DNA of 64,000 nt from Bdellovibrionales bacterium (GTDB lineage: Bacteria > Bdellovibrionota > Bdellovibrionia > Bdellovibrionales > JAGQZY01): assembly GCA_964230645.1 (NCBI GenBank), contig CAXRHT010000002.1:416001-480000 (forward strand), read 5' to 3'. The number at the start of each line of letters is the position of its first letter. The first letter of the stretch is position 1. The notes beneath the pieces are model-generated. The model was not told the DNA's origin. It did no database searches and was given only the letters and a program-made list of their open reading frames with translations. Shown piece by piece: positions 41,888-53,400 of this stretch. Made by a program: the position numbers and the translations under genes.

Positions 41888-42739
41888 ATGGAGAACAAGA
41901 ACACATTTGCATTACTCGGAACAAGTATCGGCCATGGCCAACCTAAAAAAGGGGTTGAGCTTTCTTATGAGCATATGGAAAAGCTTAAGTTTTGGGAGGA
42001 GCTCTTAAAAGAGCACGACTATCAAAACTTCGGAGCCCTTCCCTATGCCGATAAAGATGAGGCTTATAACAATCTCTTTCACAAGACTCTCGAGATTATA
42101 AACTCTGGTTTTCGCCCCCTTCTTTTTGGTGGGGACCACTCCCAGGCTTTTGCTTCCGTCAGCGCCCTTTTAAACAAATACCCCAATCTTCGTATCATCT
42201 GGGTGGATGCCCACGCAGACCTCAACACTCCTGAAACGAGTCCCTCCGGGAACTCTCATGGGATGCCTTTGTCAGGACTTTTTGGTTGGGTTGATAAAAA
42301 TATTTGGGGAATGCCATGGATGAATCAGCTTCTTAAACCCGATCAAGTCATTCACCTTGGTGTGCGTGATATGGATGAGGGGGAAGTGGCCTTGATGAAA
42401 AAACATGAAATCGAGTTCTACCGCCCCGAAGAAGTTCGTGAAAAAGGCCTAACAAATATTTTGGCTGATATTGCTGAGCGCTGGAAAGATGAACCCACTC
42501 ATCTTAGCTTTGATATCGATGGTTTGGATCAGAGTTTAGTCCCAGCCACAGGAACTCCCGTGGGTAAGGGGCTCAATTTGGAAGAAGGCTTAGAAATTAT
42601 CCAAGCCTCCAAAAGAGATTTTAACCTTGTTTCTTGCGAGATTGTTGAATTCAACCCTCTTTTGGCTGCTAACCCTGAAGAGCTAAAGATCACCGAACAA
42701 AATGTTCAACGCCTGATCAAAGAAGTTTTGAAAAAATAA
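41888..42739 (+). CDS. rocF: Arginase
   Basis: GGDHS, DAHADLN, SGNSHGMP, SFDIDGLD and PATGTP. Confidence 0.93.
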   Translation: MENKNTFALLGTSIGHGQPKKGVELSYEHMEKLKFWEELLKEHDYQNFGALPYADKDEAYNNLFHKTLEIINSGFRPLLFGGDHSQAFASVSALLNKYPNLRIIWVDAHADLNTPETSPSGNSHGMPLSGLFGWVDKNIWGMPWMNQLLKPDQVIHLGVRDMDEGEVALMKKHEIEFYRPEEVREKGLTNILADIAERWKDEPTHLSFDIDGLDQSLVPATGTPVGKGLNLEEGLEIIQASKRDFNLVSCEIVEFNPLLAANPEELKITEQNVQRLIKEVLKK

Positions 42740-42752
42740 CTAACGCCACTCT

Positions 42753-43685
42753 TTAAAAGTTTTGACGAGGCCCCACGGGAACAATCCTTTGCGGATTAAT
42801 TTCCTCGTGAGAATAGTGATAGTGCCTTTTAATATGGTCAAAAAATGTGGACTCTCTGACGGCATCAATTTCGTACAAATTTTTGGTGTAGCGAGAGAGG
42901 TTTTTATAATCCTTGATTCTTTGTAGGTTGCATTTGAAGTGGCCAAAGTAAACGGGATCAAACCTGAGGAGTGTTACCACAAGTCGGATATCCGCTTCGG
43001 TGAGCTGGTCACCCACAAGGTAGTCCTTTGATTCCAGGCGGTTTTCTAATTCATCAAGAGTTTTAAAAAGCTTTGTCACCGCTTCTTCGTAGACGTCTTG
43101 TTCTTTGGCAAAACCGGATTTGTAAACACCGTTGTTAACATCGTGATAGACTTGTTCGTTAATTGCATCGATCTCTTCACGCAGGCTTTCGGGGTAATAG
43201 TCCTTTTTATCACCTGTGATTTCATTAAAAGCGGAATTAAAAATACGGATAATTTCTGAGGACTCGTTGTTAACGATACTGTTGGTCTTCTTATCCCAAA
43301 GAACCGGAACCGTCACTGTGGTCGAAACATTAGAATCAGCCTTTAAATAAACGTCTTTTAAATGATCGAAACCATGCAAAGAGTCTCCCGTGGATCCTGG
43401 AAAGTCTTTACTAAAAGACCAACCATATTCAAGCATATCGGGGTGAACCACATCCACACTGATGTGATCTTCTAGTTTCTTTAACTTTCTAAAAATGAGA
43501 GCACGAGTGGCCCATGGACATGCGTAGGAGACGTAGAGATGATAGCGGCCCGACTCCGGTTTATAGGTCTTGTGATCAGGACTGATTTTATCAAGAAAAG
43601 ATCTAGGCACGCGGTCATAAGCTCCGCTGTCGTCACTTGTTATTATACTTGTTTTAACCCATTCTCCATCGACCAAACGGCCCAT
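42753..43685 (-). CDS. Glutathionyl-hydroquinone reductase (YqjG/Xi-class GST)
   Basis: YVSYACPWA, TVPVLWD, NNESSEI and VNNGVYK. Confidence 0.93.
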   Translation of the reverse strand: MGRLVDGEWVKTSIITSDDSGAYDRVPRSFLDKISPDHKTYKPESGRYHLYVSYACPWATRALIFRKLKKLEDHISVDVVHPDMLEYGWSFSKDFPGSTGDSLHGFDHLKDVYLKADSNVSTTVTVPVLWDKKTNSIVNNESSEIIRIFNSAFNEITGDKKDYYPESLREEIDAINEQVYHDVNNGVYKSGFAKEQDVYEEAVTKLFKTLDELENRLESKDYLVGDQLTEADIRLVVTLLRFDPVYFGHFKCNLQRIKDYKNLSRYTKNLYEIDAVRESTFFDHIKRHYHYSHEEINPQRIVPVGPRQNF

Positions 43686-43696
43686 AATATTCTCCT

Positions 43697-44575
43697 TTAT
43701 TGTTTTTCTTGTACTAATTGTCCCATTTTGCCAGCTTCAAAATCATTAATCGCCTCAACGATCTCCGCTTTGGTATTCATGACGAAGGGTCCGTAGGCCA
43801 TGATCGGCTCGTCAATGGGCTCACCGTTAAGAACTAAAAAGTGGGAGCCTTGACTGAGCTGCATCGACACCGATTCTCCCGCTTGACTCAAAACACCCAC
43901 TTCGCCCTCTTTGAGGCTTTGATCAAAAACTTTGGAAGAGCCCTTTAACTGCACAATCAAGGTGTTGTAATTTTCCGGAAGTTTAAATTTAAGGGTTTGA
44001 TCCCCCTCACTAAAAACTTCATAGATATTAATCGGAGTAAAGGTTTGGGCTGGGCCCTTGTGACCTTCATAATCTCCAGCCACCACTTTGAGTTTTCCCT
44101 TTTCGAGTTCGACCACTGGGAAGTCTTCTTTGTTCATTGACTGATAACGAGGTTTTGTCATTTTATGTTTTTTAGGGAGATTGACCCAAAGTTGCACCAT
44201 CTCAAAAGTTCCCCCTTTGCCGGTGAAATTTTTCGAGTGAAACTCCTCGTGCACGACTCCTGAGCCGGCTGTCATCCACTGCACACCACCGGTGGTGATC
44301 GTACCACCACCGCCACCAGAATCACGGTGATCCACCTCACCTTGAATGGCAAAAGTCACCGTCTCAAATCCTCTATGGGGATGGGTTCCAACACCCTTTT
44401 TCTGGGATGAGGGTCTGAAATCTTTGGGACTTGCGTGATCGAGTAATAGAAAAGGAGAGATTTTTCTGGCGTCCTCAGAATGCATAGAAAACAGAGTGCT
44501 GACGTAAAATCCATCACCAACCCAGTGCTTTTCCCGAGGGGCTATTACTTTTTCGATTGATTTAGAGGGTTTCAT
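43697..44575 (-). CDS. Pirin family protein
   Basis: HPHRGFETVT, QWMTAGSGVVHEE and YGPFVMN. Confidence 0.95.
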   Translation of the reverse strand: MKPSKSIEKVIAPREKHWVGDGFYVSTLFSMHSEDARKISPFLLLDHASPKDFRPSSQKKGVGTHPHRGFETVTFAIQGEVDHRDSGGGGGTITTGGVQWMTAGSGVVHEEFHSKNFTGKGGTFEMVQLWVNLPKKHKMTKPRYQSMNKEDFPVVELEKGKLKVVAGDYEGHKGPAQTFTPINIYEVFSEGDQTLKFKLPENYNTLIVQLKGSSKVFDQSLKEGEVGVLSQAGESVSMQLSQGSHFLVLNGEPIDEPIMAYGPFVMNTKAEIVEAINDFEAGKMGQLVQEKQ

Positions 44576-44660
44576 TTTTAAGAACTCCTTCTCGTTCTAT
44601 TGATATAGCGATATTGTAGCGGAAAATGATCTTAAAAAAAGAACATATTTTGTCTACTTT

Positions 44661-44678
44661 TGTTCACATTTTAGAACA
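44661..44678. promoter_or_regulatory. Palindrome TGTTC-N8-GAACA upstream of pirin (LysR-type box candidate)
   Basis: tgttcacattttagaaca contains a T-N11-A arrangement and lies about 90 bp upstream of the pirin start. Confidence 0.55.
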
Positions 44679-44684
44679 TGTTGG

Positions 44685-44975
44685 TTTGAGCGCAAACCTG
44701 TCATTCTGAGCTCTATGTCATCCTGAGCGCAGGACCTTTGTCATCCTGAGCGCAGGGCCTTTGTCATCCTGAGTGTAGGGCCTTTGTCATCCTGAGCGTA
44801 GCGAAGGATCTTACGTCTTGAACGGAAACATGTTGCATCAAGGAAAAAACTTGTCGTCTTAAGCGAAGCGAAAGACCTAAGATCCTTCGCTGCGTTCAGG
44901 ATGACATATGTGCGCTTAGGATGACAGAGGCCCGACGCTCAGGATGACATAGACGCTAGGTTCTGTGCTTAGGGA
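44685..44975. repeat. REP/REPIN cluster with mirrored terminal tandem arrays (REP locus 2)
   Basis: TGTCATCCTGAG-type units at 44699, 44716, 44739, 44762 and 44785 (full REP). Variant REP at 44852-44877, inverted REP at 44878-44906, inverted units ending at 44926 and 44949. Confidence 0.93.
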
Positions 44976-45032
44976 TGAGTTTTGCTCTGAACTCTTTTGT
45001 GCTTTATTCTTTTAAAACTCAAAGGAAAGTTT

Positions 45033-46055
45033 ATGAAGCCATGGTGGCTGCCTGTTTTTATCATTCTCTTATGTTTTAAAGCCCAAACTCTTGAGGCCTC
45101 CCCCTACCTCAGACACTTTCCCGAGGAGGTTCAAAAAAGACTCGCTCCTCATATTCAGGAAGGCCAATACCAAGGGGTCGATAACAAAATAAACCACTTC
45201 ACTTATTTTGAGGATTTAAACAATAAGATCACCACCCCTTTGATTTTAGTAACGGGTCTTGAAGATCCCATTCCTCTTTGGTTTCTCACTGTTGAGAAAG
45301 CCCTAGCCTTTGGTTTTCAAAGAATTGCAGTGGTCGAAATCCGCGGACAGGGACAATCGGAAATGGTTCTCCCTGGAAAGAGACTGATTTACATTCAAGA
45401 TTTTGATAACTATGTGAAAGACTTTTTGAGCTTTCTCAAAAAAATGTTCCTGCTGGGGCCGGAGTGGCTGGAACCAGCCTTTGTGGTGAGCCATTCCACC
45501 GGCGCCCTTGTGGTTGCAAATGCCCTTCCACGCTGGGAGAAAGAATTCCCCAAAACCTATCCGCGCAAACTGGCCTTCTGGACGCCCTTTTTCAAACTTA
45601 AAATAAGTCCTCTCATTAATAACACTCTTGTTAGGGGCTTTTTAAAAACCGTGGACAGTAGCCTCTCTTATTTTAGTTCTCCATTTCTTGTTCGACATTA
45701 TAAGCCTAAAGAATTTAGAAAAAACTCGATCACGACGGATCAAAAGAACTTCGCACTTTCGCAGACAATGAAATTTGACGAAGGACTTGGAACAGAAGGC
45801 CTGAGCCTTCACTGGGTCCTCGAAACTTTAGAGGCTATTGATGTCTTTCGAGAAAATCAGAAAAACTGGCTGCAGGTGCCTACACTTTTATTCAAAGCTG
45901 AAATTGAGCAGATTGTGGATAACAACTATGACTTGGAAAATCCTTTTGTGAAAGAGGTTTTTGTTAGTCATGCAAAGCATGCTCTGAATTTAGAAAAACC
46001 TAAAACACTTTCAAAAGTAACTAAAAAAACTTTTGAGTTCTTCTCTAAAGAATGA
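45033..46055 (+). CDS. Secreted alpha/beta hydrolase (lysophospholipase PldB-like)
   Basis: RGQGQS, SHSTG nucleophile elbow and HAKH. Signal peptide from the ATG at 45033. Confidence 0.85.
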   Translation: MKPWWLPVFIILLCFKAQTLEASPYLRHFPEEVQKRLAPHIQEGQYQGVDNKINHFTYFEDLNNKITTPLILVTGLEDPIPLWFLTVEKALAFGFQRIAVVEIRGQGQSEMVLPGKRLIYIQDFDNYVKDFLSFLKKMFLLGPEWLEPAFVVSHSTGALVVANALPRWEKEFPKTYPRKLAFWTPFFKLKISPLINNTLVRGFLKTVDSSLSYFSSPFLVRHYKPKEFRKNSITTDQKNFALSQTMKFDEGLGTEGLSLHWVLETLEAIDVFRENQKNWLQVPTLLFKAEIEQIVDNNYDLENPFVKEVFVSHAKHALNLEKPKTLSKVTKKTFEFFSKE

Positions 46056-46080
46056 AGCCCCCCTCAAAGGAAGGGGGCTT
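46055..46080. terminator. Hairpin terminator between convergent genes
   Basis: aagccccc...gggggctt stem immediately after the hydrolase stop codon. Confidence 0.7.
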
Positions 46081-46100
46081 GAAAACTCTTGTTCAAAGAT

Positions 46101-47030
46101 TTAAGGATTCACTTGAGCTCTAATAGAGATCTCATTTTCATTGGAAATATTCTCAAGGCTAAAACTTGTTGTCACAGCCGCTCCGTTGGCAATAGTGGCT
46201 GCAAGAATCTTCAAGGTAAAGGGAGCTGGATCAAAATCAGGAACAGGCTCTACAGAAATCACAGCCCTGTGAATACCATCATTTAAGATCATTGCCGGAT
46301 CAATATAGTCTTGCCCAGGAAATGGCGGAGCTGCATTCGGTCCTTTAGCCATTCCTGCTCCGTCACTATCAGCACCACTGGCTTGGTCGAAAACTCCGGT
46401 TGAAAAAACCTCTCCAGTTTGGGTGTTTACAATCCAACCCTCGTAAGCAAAGGTTTCTGGAAGAGTAGGAAGCTCCAAGCTAGGATTGCCATTATCTACG
46501 TACCAGATCCCCTGATTGTGAGTGCTGGGACCATTGGTAGGAGTAGCTAGAATGTAGGTTCCTATGGAATCGATAAAACTCGCCCCCACGGCACCGGGTG
46601 CTTGCAACTGGGCCATGGCAACAGAGTCTTCAAAAGATCCCTCGAGGTAATGGATAGCACTGGGCCCCGGGTCCGTATCGCCATCAGGCTCAATTGTTAA
46701 GACGAAAGCTTGCAAAGTTGACGGATCATCATCAAGAGAAAAAGAAGCTTCATCACTCTCACTTAAAACCGAAAGAACTTCACCCTCGGCATTCACAGCT
46801 ACAATTTGGCCTTGGTCATTGATATTAAAACGTCCAGTCGAAGTGACTCCATTAGAGCCAACAGCCCAGCCTTCATAGTGCTGACCACGAGTGGGCTCAA
46901 TATTGTTTAACTTTAACTGAATTTGCTCACCGGTTGCTTGATTGCCTCCACCACTAATCGGTGAAGCTGTTTCGTCAGCACCACAGGCTGCCACCAAACA
47001 AAAGACGGGTAGGGCCAGCCATTTTTTCAT
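46101..47030 (-). CDS. Lipoprotein with two RskA-like (anti-sigma-K extracytoplasmic) repeats
   Basis: Lipobox VAAC (start MKKWLA). Duplicated YEGW...STG.F...[TS][IV]EP..D.DP.P module. Confidence 0.7.
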   Translation of the reverse strand: MKKWLALPVFCLVAACGADETASPISGGGNQATGEQIQLKLNNIEPTRGQHYEGWAVGSNGVTSTGRFNINDQGQIVAVNAEGEVLSVLSESDEASFSLDDDPSTLQAFVLTIEPDGDTDPGPSAIHYLEGSFEDSVAMAQLQAPGAVGASFIDSIGTYILATPTNGPSTHNQGIWYVDNGNPSLELPTLPETFAYEGWIVNTQTGEVFSTGVFDQASGADSDGAGMAKGPNAAPPFPGQDYIDPAMILNDGIHRAVISVEPVPDFDPAPFTLKILAATIANGAAVTTSFSLENISNENEISIRAQVNP

Positions 47031-47371
47031 CTGTTTTGTTATTTCTATGTTTTGCAATTTTTCCTCCTCGTTTTTTTAATTCAACACCTCCTCATTCTTT
47101 GAATGTGTGACCAATGTGACCAAAAATTCCTGCTGCCATCCGCACTGTTAGGATTCACCACTTATTTCAGGCACTTGAGGTATATTCAAAATAGATATAC
47201 CGATATTACTTTAAGATTAAAGCCTCTTTCGCCTTCCAACCGTCCTAATATTTTGACAATCTCACTGATGTCCTCAATGTAGCTTTTACAGATCGAAGAC
47301 AATGACCTGAATTTTCACAGCCGATCCGATAGACCTTGAGGTAGCAAAACAGTCATTAAGGAGTTCCACCA

Positions 47372-48613
47372 ATGAAGACCATTTCTCAGTATTGTATTTA
47401 TGTCTTTTTCTTTTTAAGCGCGACACTTGCCTTTGCCAGTGACCATATTGATGGCGCCCCCACCTTAACCAACGGGCAAGCGGATCTGACGGACCTCTAT
47501 GCTTTTCCGAGTCCCCATGACCCAGAAAACCTGACTTTGATTCTTAACACCTATCCAGGAGTTAGTAGAAAGGGTCACTTTTCTAAAAAAGTTAAGTATC
47601 AATTACAAATGCGCCCACTGGCCCTTAATACTCCTGAAAAATTCGGTTTTAAGGTTTTTAACTTTGATGTGTTAACTTTGGACTGCTCCTTCACCGACCC
47701 CGCTCACCATCACTGGAACCCCCTCAAACAAAGCGAAGAGAGTAAAGTTCATTGCCAACTCAAAAAGGACGGACAGCTTCTAACAGAATTGTACGGGTCT
47801 GTTGGAGAAACTTTAAAAAACGACTCCTTAAAAATCTTTACGGGTCCCCGCACCGACTCATTCTTTCTTTCTGTTCCTCATTTTCAAGGGGTCACTAAGA
47901 GAGAGGGGTTCCCCGAGGCCGATGATCAATTGCAGAACGCCATGTACAGCCTTAATATTCTCAGTATCGTCGCTGAACTTGATCTCGAATCTCTTGATCT
48001 AGACCCAGCACTGTTAGGAATTTCCGCTCAAAGTCTTGATTCCGAAAGCGAACAAGGCATTGACAGAGTAGGACGACCTGAAATCACCAACCTCAGTCTT
48101 CATGCCTTCGACGGAGCAGAAAAGCTCAAGCGCTTCTACAACAAGCTACCTCCTTTTGCTGTCTCAGAAAAACAAAAACAGGTGTACCAGCAGCGTATGA
48201 TAGAAAACATCGCGGCCTATGACCAATTCGACAACAACGAAGACTGGAACGAGGCTGACCTTGAAAAACTAACCCATCTGCTTAGCAACGACTTTCTAGT
48301 GATCGATCTTTCTCAAAGTTGCCAAAAAGACTCTCAATCCTACCTTTCCATTGAAAAGTCACTCCTTGGCGATCCCACAGCCGAGACCTGTGGGGGGCGC
48401 TACCCCCAAGAAGATATTATGGCCTATATGATGGCTCTTTACATCGGAGGAACTCACACTCCTTTTCAAGAATACTCATCCGGTGTGAACGTCCCCTACA
48501 AGAACAATGAGTCCGCAGCACTTAGTGAAAACTTTCCTTACTTACCACCCCCGAGTAAAACAAGCCTTAAACAGAAGGCACTGCTGCAGCTCTTGATTTT
48601 TGCTCAAGAATAG
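47372..48613 (+). CDS. DUF4331-family secreted protein
   Basis: ASDHIDG...ADLTDLYAF, GPRTDSFF, IDRVGRP, GGR...D and FPYL. Confidence 0.85.
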   Translation: MKTISQYCIYVFFFLSATLAFASDHIDGAPTLTNGQADLTDLYAFPSPHDPENLTLILNTYPGVSRKGHFSKKVKYQLQMRPLALNTPEKFGFKVFNFDVLTLDCSFTDPAHHHWNPLKQSEESKVHCQLKKDGQLLTELYGSVGETLKNDSLKIFTGPRTDSFFLSVPHFQGVTKREGFPEADDQLQNAMYSLNILSIVAELDLESLDLDPALLGISAQSLDSESEQGIDRVGRPEITNLSLHAFDGAEKLKRFYNKLPPFAVSEKQKQVYQQRMIENIAAYDQFDNNEDWNEADLEKLTHLLSNDFLVIDLSQSCQKDSQSYLSIEKSLLGDPTAETCGGRYPQEDIMAYMMALYIGGTHTPFQEYSSGVNVPYKNNESAALSENFPYLPPPSKTSLKQKALLQLLIFAQE

Positions 48614-48671
48614 GGAGACACTAATTCTCTTCTTTTCAAATATCTAAGAAATTTTGGCTAAGGGAAAAATC

Positions 48672-50421
48672 ATGAAACTCTTTTTATTAATCTCCTCTCT
48701 TTTTGTAATTATCAGTTGTGCAACCACTGGCGACAAAACAACCTGGGTTAGTGAGTCCGATGAAATCGCAAAGGCTTTTACCCTAGAATTTGCTGAACTC
48801 TCCCCCGAAATGGGCTCAGGCTTTGGCTACAAGAGGTTTGATAAAAAAGGAAGCCAACCTTCAGCCAAAATGGAGCAAAAAAAACAGGGAAAAATTAAAG
48901 AAATGGCAGAAGCGCCTCAATAACGAACTCAATCAACAAAAAGATAAAAACGTGCAAGTGGATCTTAGTATTCTCTTACGCAATATTGAGCGAACTTTGA
49001 AGTGGCAACAAATGGAAGAAGAGTTGGGGATGATTCCATTCTATGAGGCGAGCCACAGTGTTTACTCTTCTCTTTTCCAACTGATCAATCCGCAATCCCC
49101 TGAGCAAAGAAAAAAGGACGCGGTCTCGCGCTTTAAATACTATATGTCAAAAAAAGACAAACCCACTCTCATTGGAGCTTATCTTGCCGAGATAAAAAGA
49201 CATGAGAATAAATTTAAAGGGCAAAAGAAATTTTATCCTTTTAGAGGAGAGATTCAAAAGTACCTTTCCGACTCACCTTCCTACACAGAAGGTGTCAGAA
49301 AAATGCTCGAAAAAAGTGGGCGAGACGACTGGAAAAAGGAATTTGCACAGTTTAAAAAAGAGGTTTCTCAATACGATGAATATGTAAAAAGCAAACTTCT
49401 CCCAAAATCCAGAAAATCACCGATGTACCCTATAGAGGTTTACCAATATGTGTTGAAGGGAGTTGGGGTTGAAACACCACCCCAAGAGCTGATCAAAATT
49501 GGACAAAGAGAATATAAAAAACTCTATAAGCGTTACACAACGCTTGCTCAGAAAATAGCAAAGAAAAATAACTTAGCCAAAAAAGATCCATTATCTGTCG
49601 TTAAATACCTTAAAAAGAATATCATTGCTGATCCTGAAAAAGTGGAAGCTCTTTACAATAAGACGGCCGATCGATTGGAACGACTCATTCGTGAAAATAA
49701 CATCGTCACCCTCCCCTCCAAAAAACTAAAGATTCGTTTTGCTGGTGAGGCAGAGAGTAAGGCCAGCCCGGTCCCCCACCTCAATCCCCCACCCCTTCTA
49801 AACAACGATGGAATTCTTCCGGAATTTGTAGTTCCCACAGCAAAATCAGGGCATCTTCCCTTTGATGACTTCAGCTATAAAAGTGCAGCGGCTATATTGA
49901 CGGCGCACGAGGGAAGGCCGGGCCATGATTTGCAATTTAGCCGAATGATTGAAAGCCCTGTTTCCATTATACGTGCTCGCTACGCCATGAATTCCGTTAA
50001 CGTCGAAGGTTGGGCGGTTTATGCCGAAGACTTGGTTTACCCCTACTTTACGGAAGAAGAAAAATTTGTGGCCACTCAGATGCGCCTTTGGAGAATCGCG
50101 CGCTATTTTCTTGATCCAATGGTGCAAACCGGAAAAGCCGACAAAAACAAAGTCATAAAAACTTTCAATAAAGAATTGGGTGTTTCAAAAGAAATGGCTG
50201 TTCTCGAGTACAACCGCTACGCCTTTCGCAGTCCAGGTCAGGCCACTGCTTATTTCGAGGGGCTTTTGAATATTAGAGAGATCAAAAAGGACCTTGAGGC
50301 CAACTACGGCTCCATCGATCCCAAATGTTTCCATGACACTCTTCTCTCTTTTGGTTTACTGCCCCACTCGAAAGTGAGGCATTTTTCGGGTCAGTTTAAG
50401 AAATGTCAGGCCAAAAAATAA
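48672..50421 (+). pseudogene. DUF885-family lipoprotein (metallopeptidase-like), frameshifted at the A8 tract 48877-48884
   Basis: The first frame carries lipobox IISC and ELSPE. The +1 frame carries AHEGRPGHDLQ, VEGWAVYAE and PGQATAY. Removing one A joins them as ...MEQKNREKLKKW. Confidence 0.8.
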
Positions 50422-50424
50422 TTC

Positions 50425-53400
50425 TTAGGTCCCAGCCTCACGTTTACGTCCACGAATATCGTCAAAAATGGCAACAAAGGCTGGGAGAAAGAAACTCGAC
50501 AGAACTGAACCGATTAACATTCCCCACCCGAGTGCCAGCGCAATAGGAACGACAAAGGGGTCTAACCCACCTATACCGTAGGCTGTGGGAAGAATTCCGC
50601 ACACAGTTGTTAGGGTGGTCAAGACAATGGGGCGAAGTCTTTTCTGGCCAGCGGTCACAATACTTTCGAAAAAGTCAGCACCCTTTTTTCTTTCAAAAAT
50701 CACAAAGTCCACAAAGACAATGGAGTTATTTACGATGACTCCTGCCAGTGCCACCACCCCAAGCATTCCCATAAAACTTAAAGGCTCACCATGAAGGAAC
50801 AAAGCCCAGGAAACGGAGATGACTCCAATAGGAATCACTAAAATAATAATCAAAGGCCATACGAAACTTTGAAAGGTTAAAATCAAAAGAAAGTATATTA
50901 AGACAAGAGCCAGGATAAAAGCTCTGAAAAGAGAATCGAGACTTTCTTTAGTATCCTCATCCTCTCCCCCGAAGGCCAATGAAAGATTCGGTCGCCCCTT
51001 AAGATAGGTGTCTTGTTTTTCGCGAATGCGATTACTAACCTCAGTGGCTGAAATCTTGTCAATGTTCACATCGCCTGTGATCGTCACTTGTCGCTCGTTA
51101 TTCATATGCGAAAAGGACTCAATCCCTTTTTCAGATTCAAAGTCGGCAATAGCATCAAGTCGAATCAATTGCCCAAAAGGGTTGAGAATTTTTAACTCAC
51201 TTAACTTAGTGCCCTCTTTTTTCTCGGCTTCAGGTAAAGAGACCCGGATATCGATTTCATCATTGAGGTCTTGAATACTTGTGGCCTCAATCCCCTCGTA
51301 AGCCGCCATCACCGTCATTCCCACAGTTTGGGCATTCAATCCTACAGAGCGAGCTTCATCAGACTTAACCCTCACTATGACCTGGTCTTTTCCTTCTGAA
51401 AAATTATTGGTGATGTCTTTTGTCCCCTCCATGGCTTTGAGATCTTTTTCAATTACATCGACAAGCTCCATAATCTCATCGTAGTTCTCGCCACGCACAC
51501 CAATATTAATGGGGGCACCCACAGGTGGGCCGGGATTAATTCGTTCAAAAAAGACTTCAAGATTTTCCGTCTCTTCCATGCCGCTACGAAGCGCTTCAAT
51601 AATTTCTGCGGCCGTCCTGGATCGCTCGGTTTCAGCGGTCAAATAAACTTTGAGCATTGCGAGGTGACTGCCTCGTTCGGAAGGCTGATCCTCCCTTTGG
51701 CGCATCTCACCAATGGTTGTGACAAAGTTTTTAAGTTCCACTTCTGGCAAATCAAGAATCATTTTTTCAAGAGGTTTTACCAAGTCTGTGGTCTGCTCAA
51801 GACTCGTTCCAATCGGCGCTTTGGCTTTAATAATAAACTGATCAATACCTTCGGGTGGAAAGAGAACGACCTTCATATTTTTAGACACGTTAAAGATAGA
51901 ACCTACGATGAGGGCTACAAAACCGAGGAGGGCGAGGTAGCGAAAACGAGTGATGACCTTTAATAAAGATCCATAAAGATCAATCACCCTTGTCCAGAAG
52001 CGATCAAAAGCCGCTTTAAAACCGCGTTCCGGTTTTTCAACGTCTTTTAAAGTCACCCAACGACCAATATGGTATGGGAGGACAAAATAGCACTCAATAA
52101 GAGAAATCATCAAAGCACAGATCACTCCCAGTGGAATGTAGCTGACAAATTTCCCGAAAATCCCTGTCATAATCGTCATTGGGAAAAAGGCCAAAGCGGT
52201 TGTCATTACTGAGGCAAAAATAGCGTTCCATATCCTTTGGGTACTATTGATTGCCCCTTGCATAGGATTTGCGCCCTCTTCCATTTCTCTCACCGCATTT
52301 TCAGTCACCACGACCGCATCATCCACAAGCATACCAATCACAATAATAAGCCCCATCATGGTGATCAGGTTAAGACTGATGTCTTGGACTTGAAAAAAGG
52401 TCATCGTACCGAGAAAAGAAAAAGGAATACCGATCGCAGTAACAAGCGAGACTTTCCAAGGAAGAAACAAACTTAAAACTACCACAACTAGAACAAGTCC
52501 AACGAGGAGATTATTTGATAAGACCCCAAGGCGGCGGCGAATGAGCATGGACATATCATTGACCACTTCAAAATCGATATTTTTAATTTTTTCCGGATTG
52601 AGTTTTTCAGCTCTTGAGCTTAGTGAAACTTCCGAGCCTGGCAGAAGACTCTTCACGGTATCGATCATATCAATGGCATCCGCATTTTCTTTTTTCATAA
52701 CAACCAGGCGGATTGACTCCTCACCATTGACCCTGTGAGCCAGCTGCTCCTCTTTAAGGCCCATAAAAACATTGGCCACATCGCCTAGAACAATAGAACG
52801 TCCTAAATCATTAGAGCGAATAACCGTCTTTTCAACATCCTCTACATTTTCAAACTGTCCGTCGGTTCTGAGGATGACGTCCTGTTCGATCCCTTTGGTT
52901 ATTTGAGTGAAGGTTCCACCGGGAATGGAAACATTTTGCTCACGTAAGGCCTGCACAACTTCCATGAGAGAAATCTGATAGCGTTGTAGGTTTTTAGCAG
53001 AAATCTCCACTCGTATTTCGTACTCTCTCTCACCGCGCACATCCACACGGGCCACACCCTTTACCTTTTCAATCTCCGTTTCTACATAACGGGCGGCTTC
53101 TTTCAGCGCAAAAGGGTCTTTCCCTCCCGACATGGTCACTTCCACAATCGGGACAATTTTTGATTCAAGAGCTGTGACCTCGGGGTCCTCGGCCTGTTCT
53201 GGTAGTTCATCAAAGCGATCCACCACCTCTTGCACATCCGTTTTGGCCTCTTCTTGTGTGGTTTGATCGGGGTCTAGCTGAATAACAATGACACTGAGGC
53301 CTTCAATCGAGGTGGAGAACATTTTTTTAATACCATCGACTTCTTTGAGATCTTGCTCCAAAGGATTGGTGATTAGTTTTTCAACCTCACTGGGAGCGGA

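Noticed and set aside
48654..48923. Independent 89-aa lipoprotein
   Set aside because: Better explained as the N-terminus of the frameshifted DUF885 gene.
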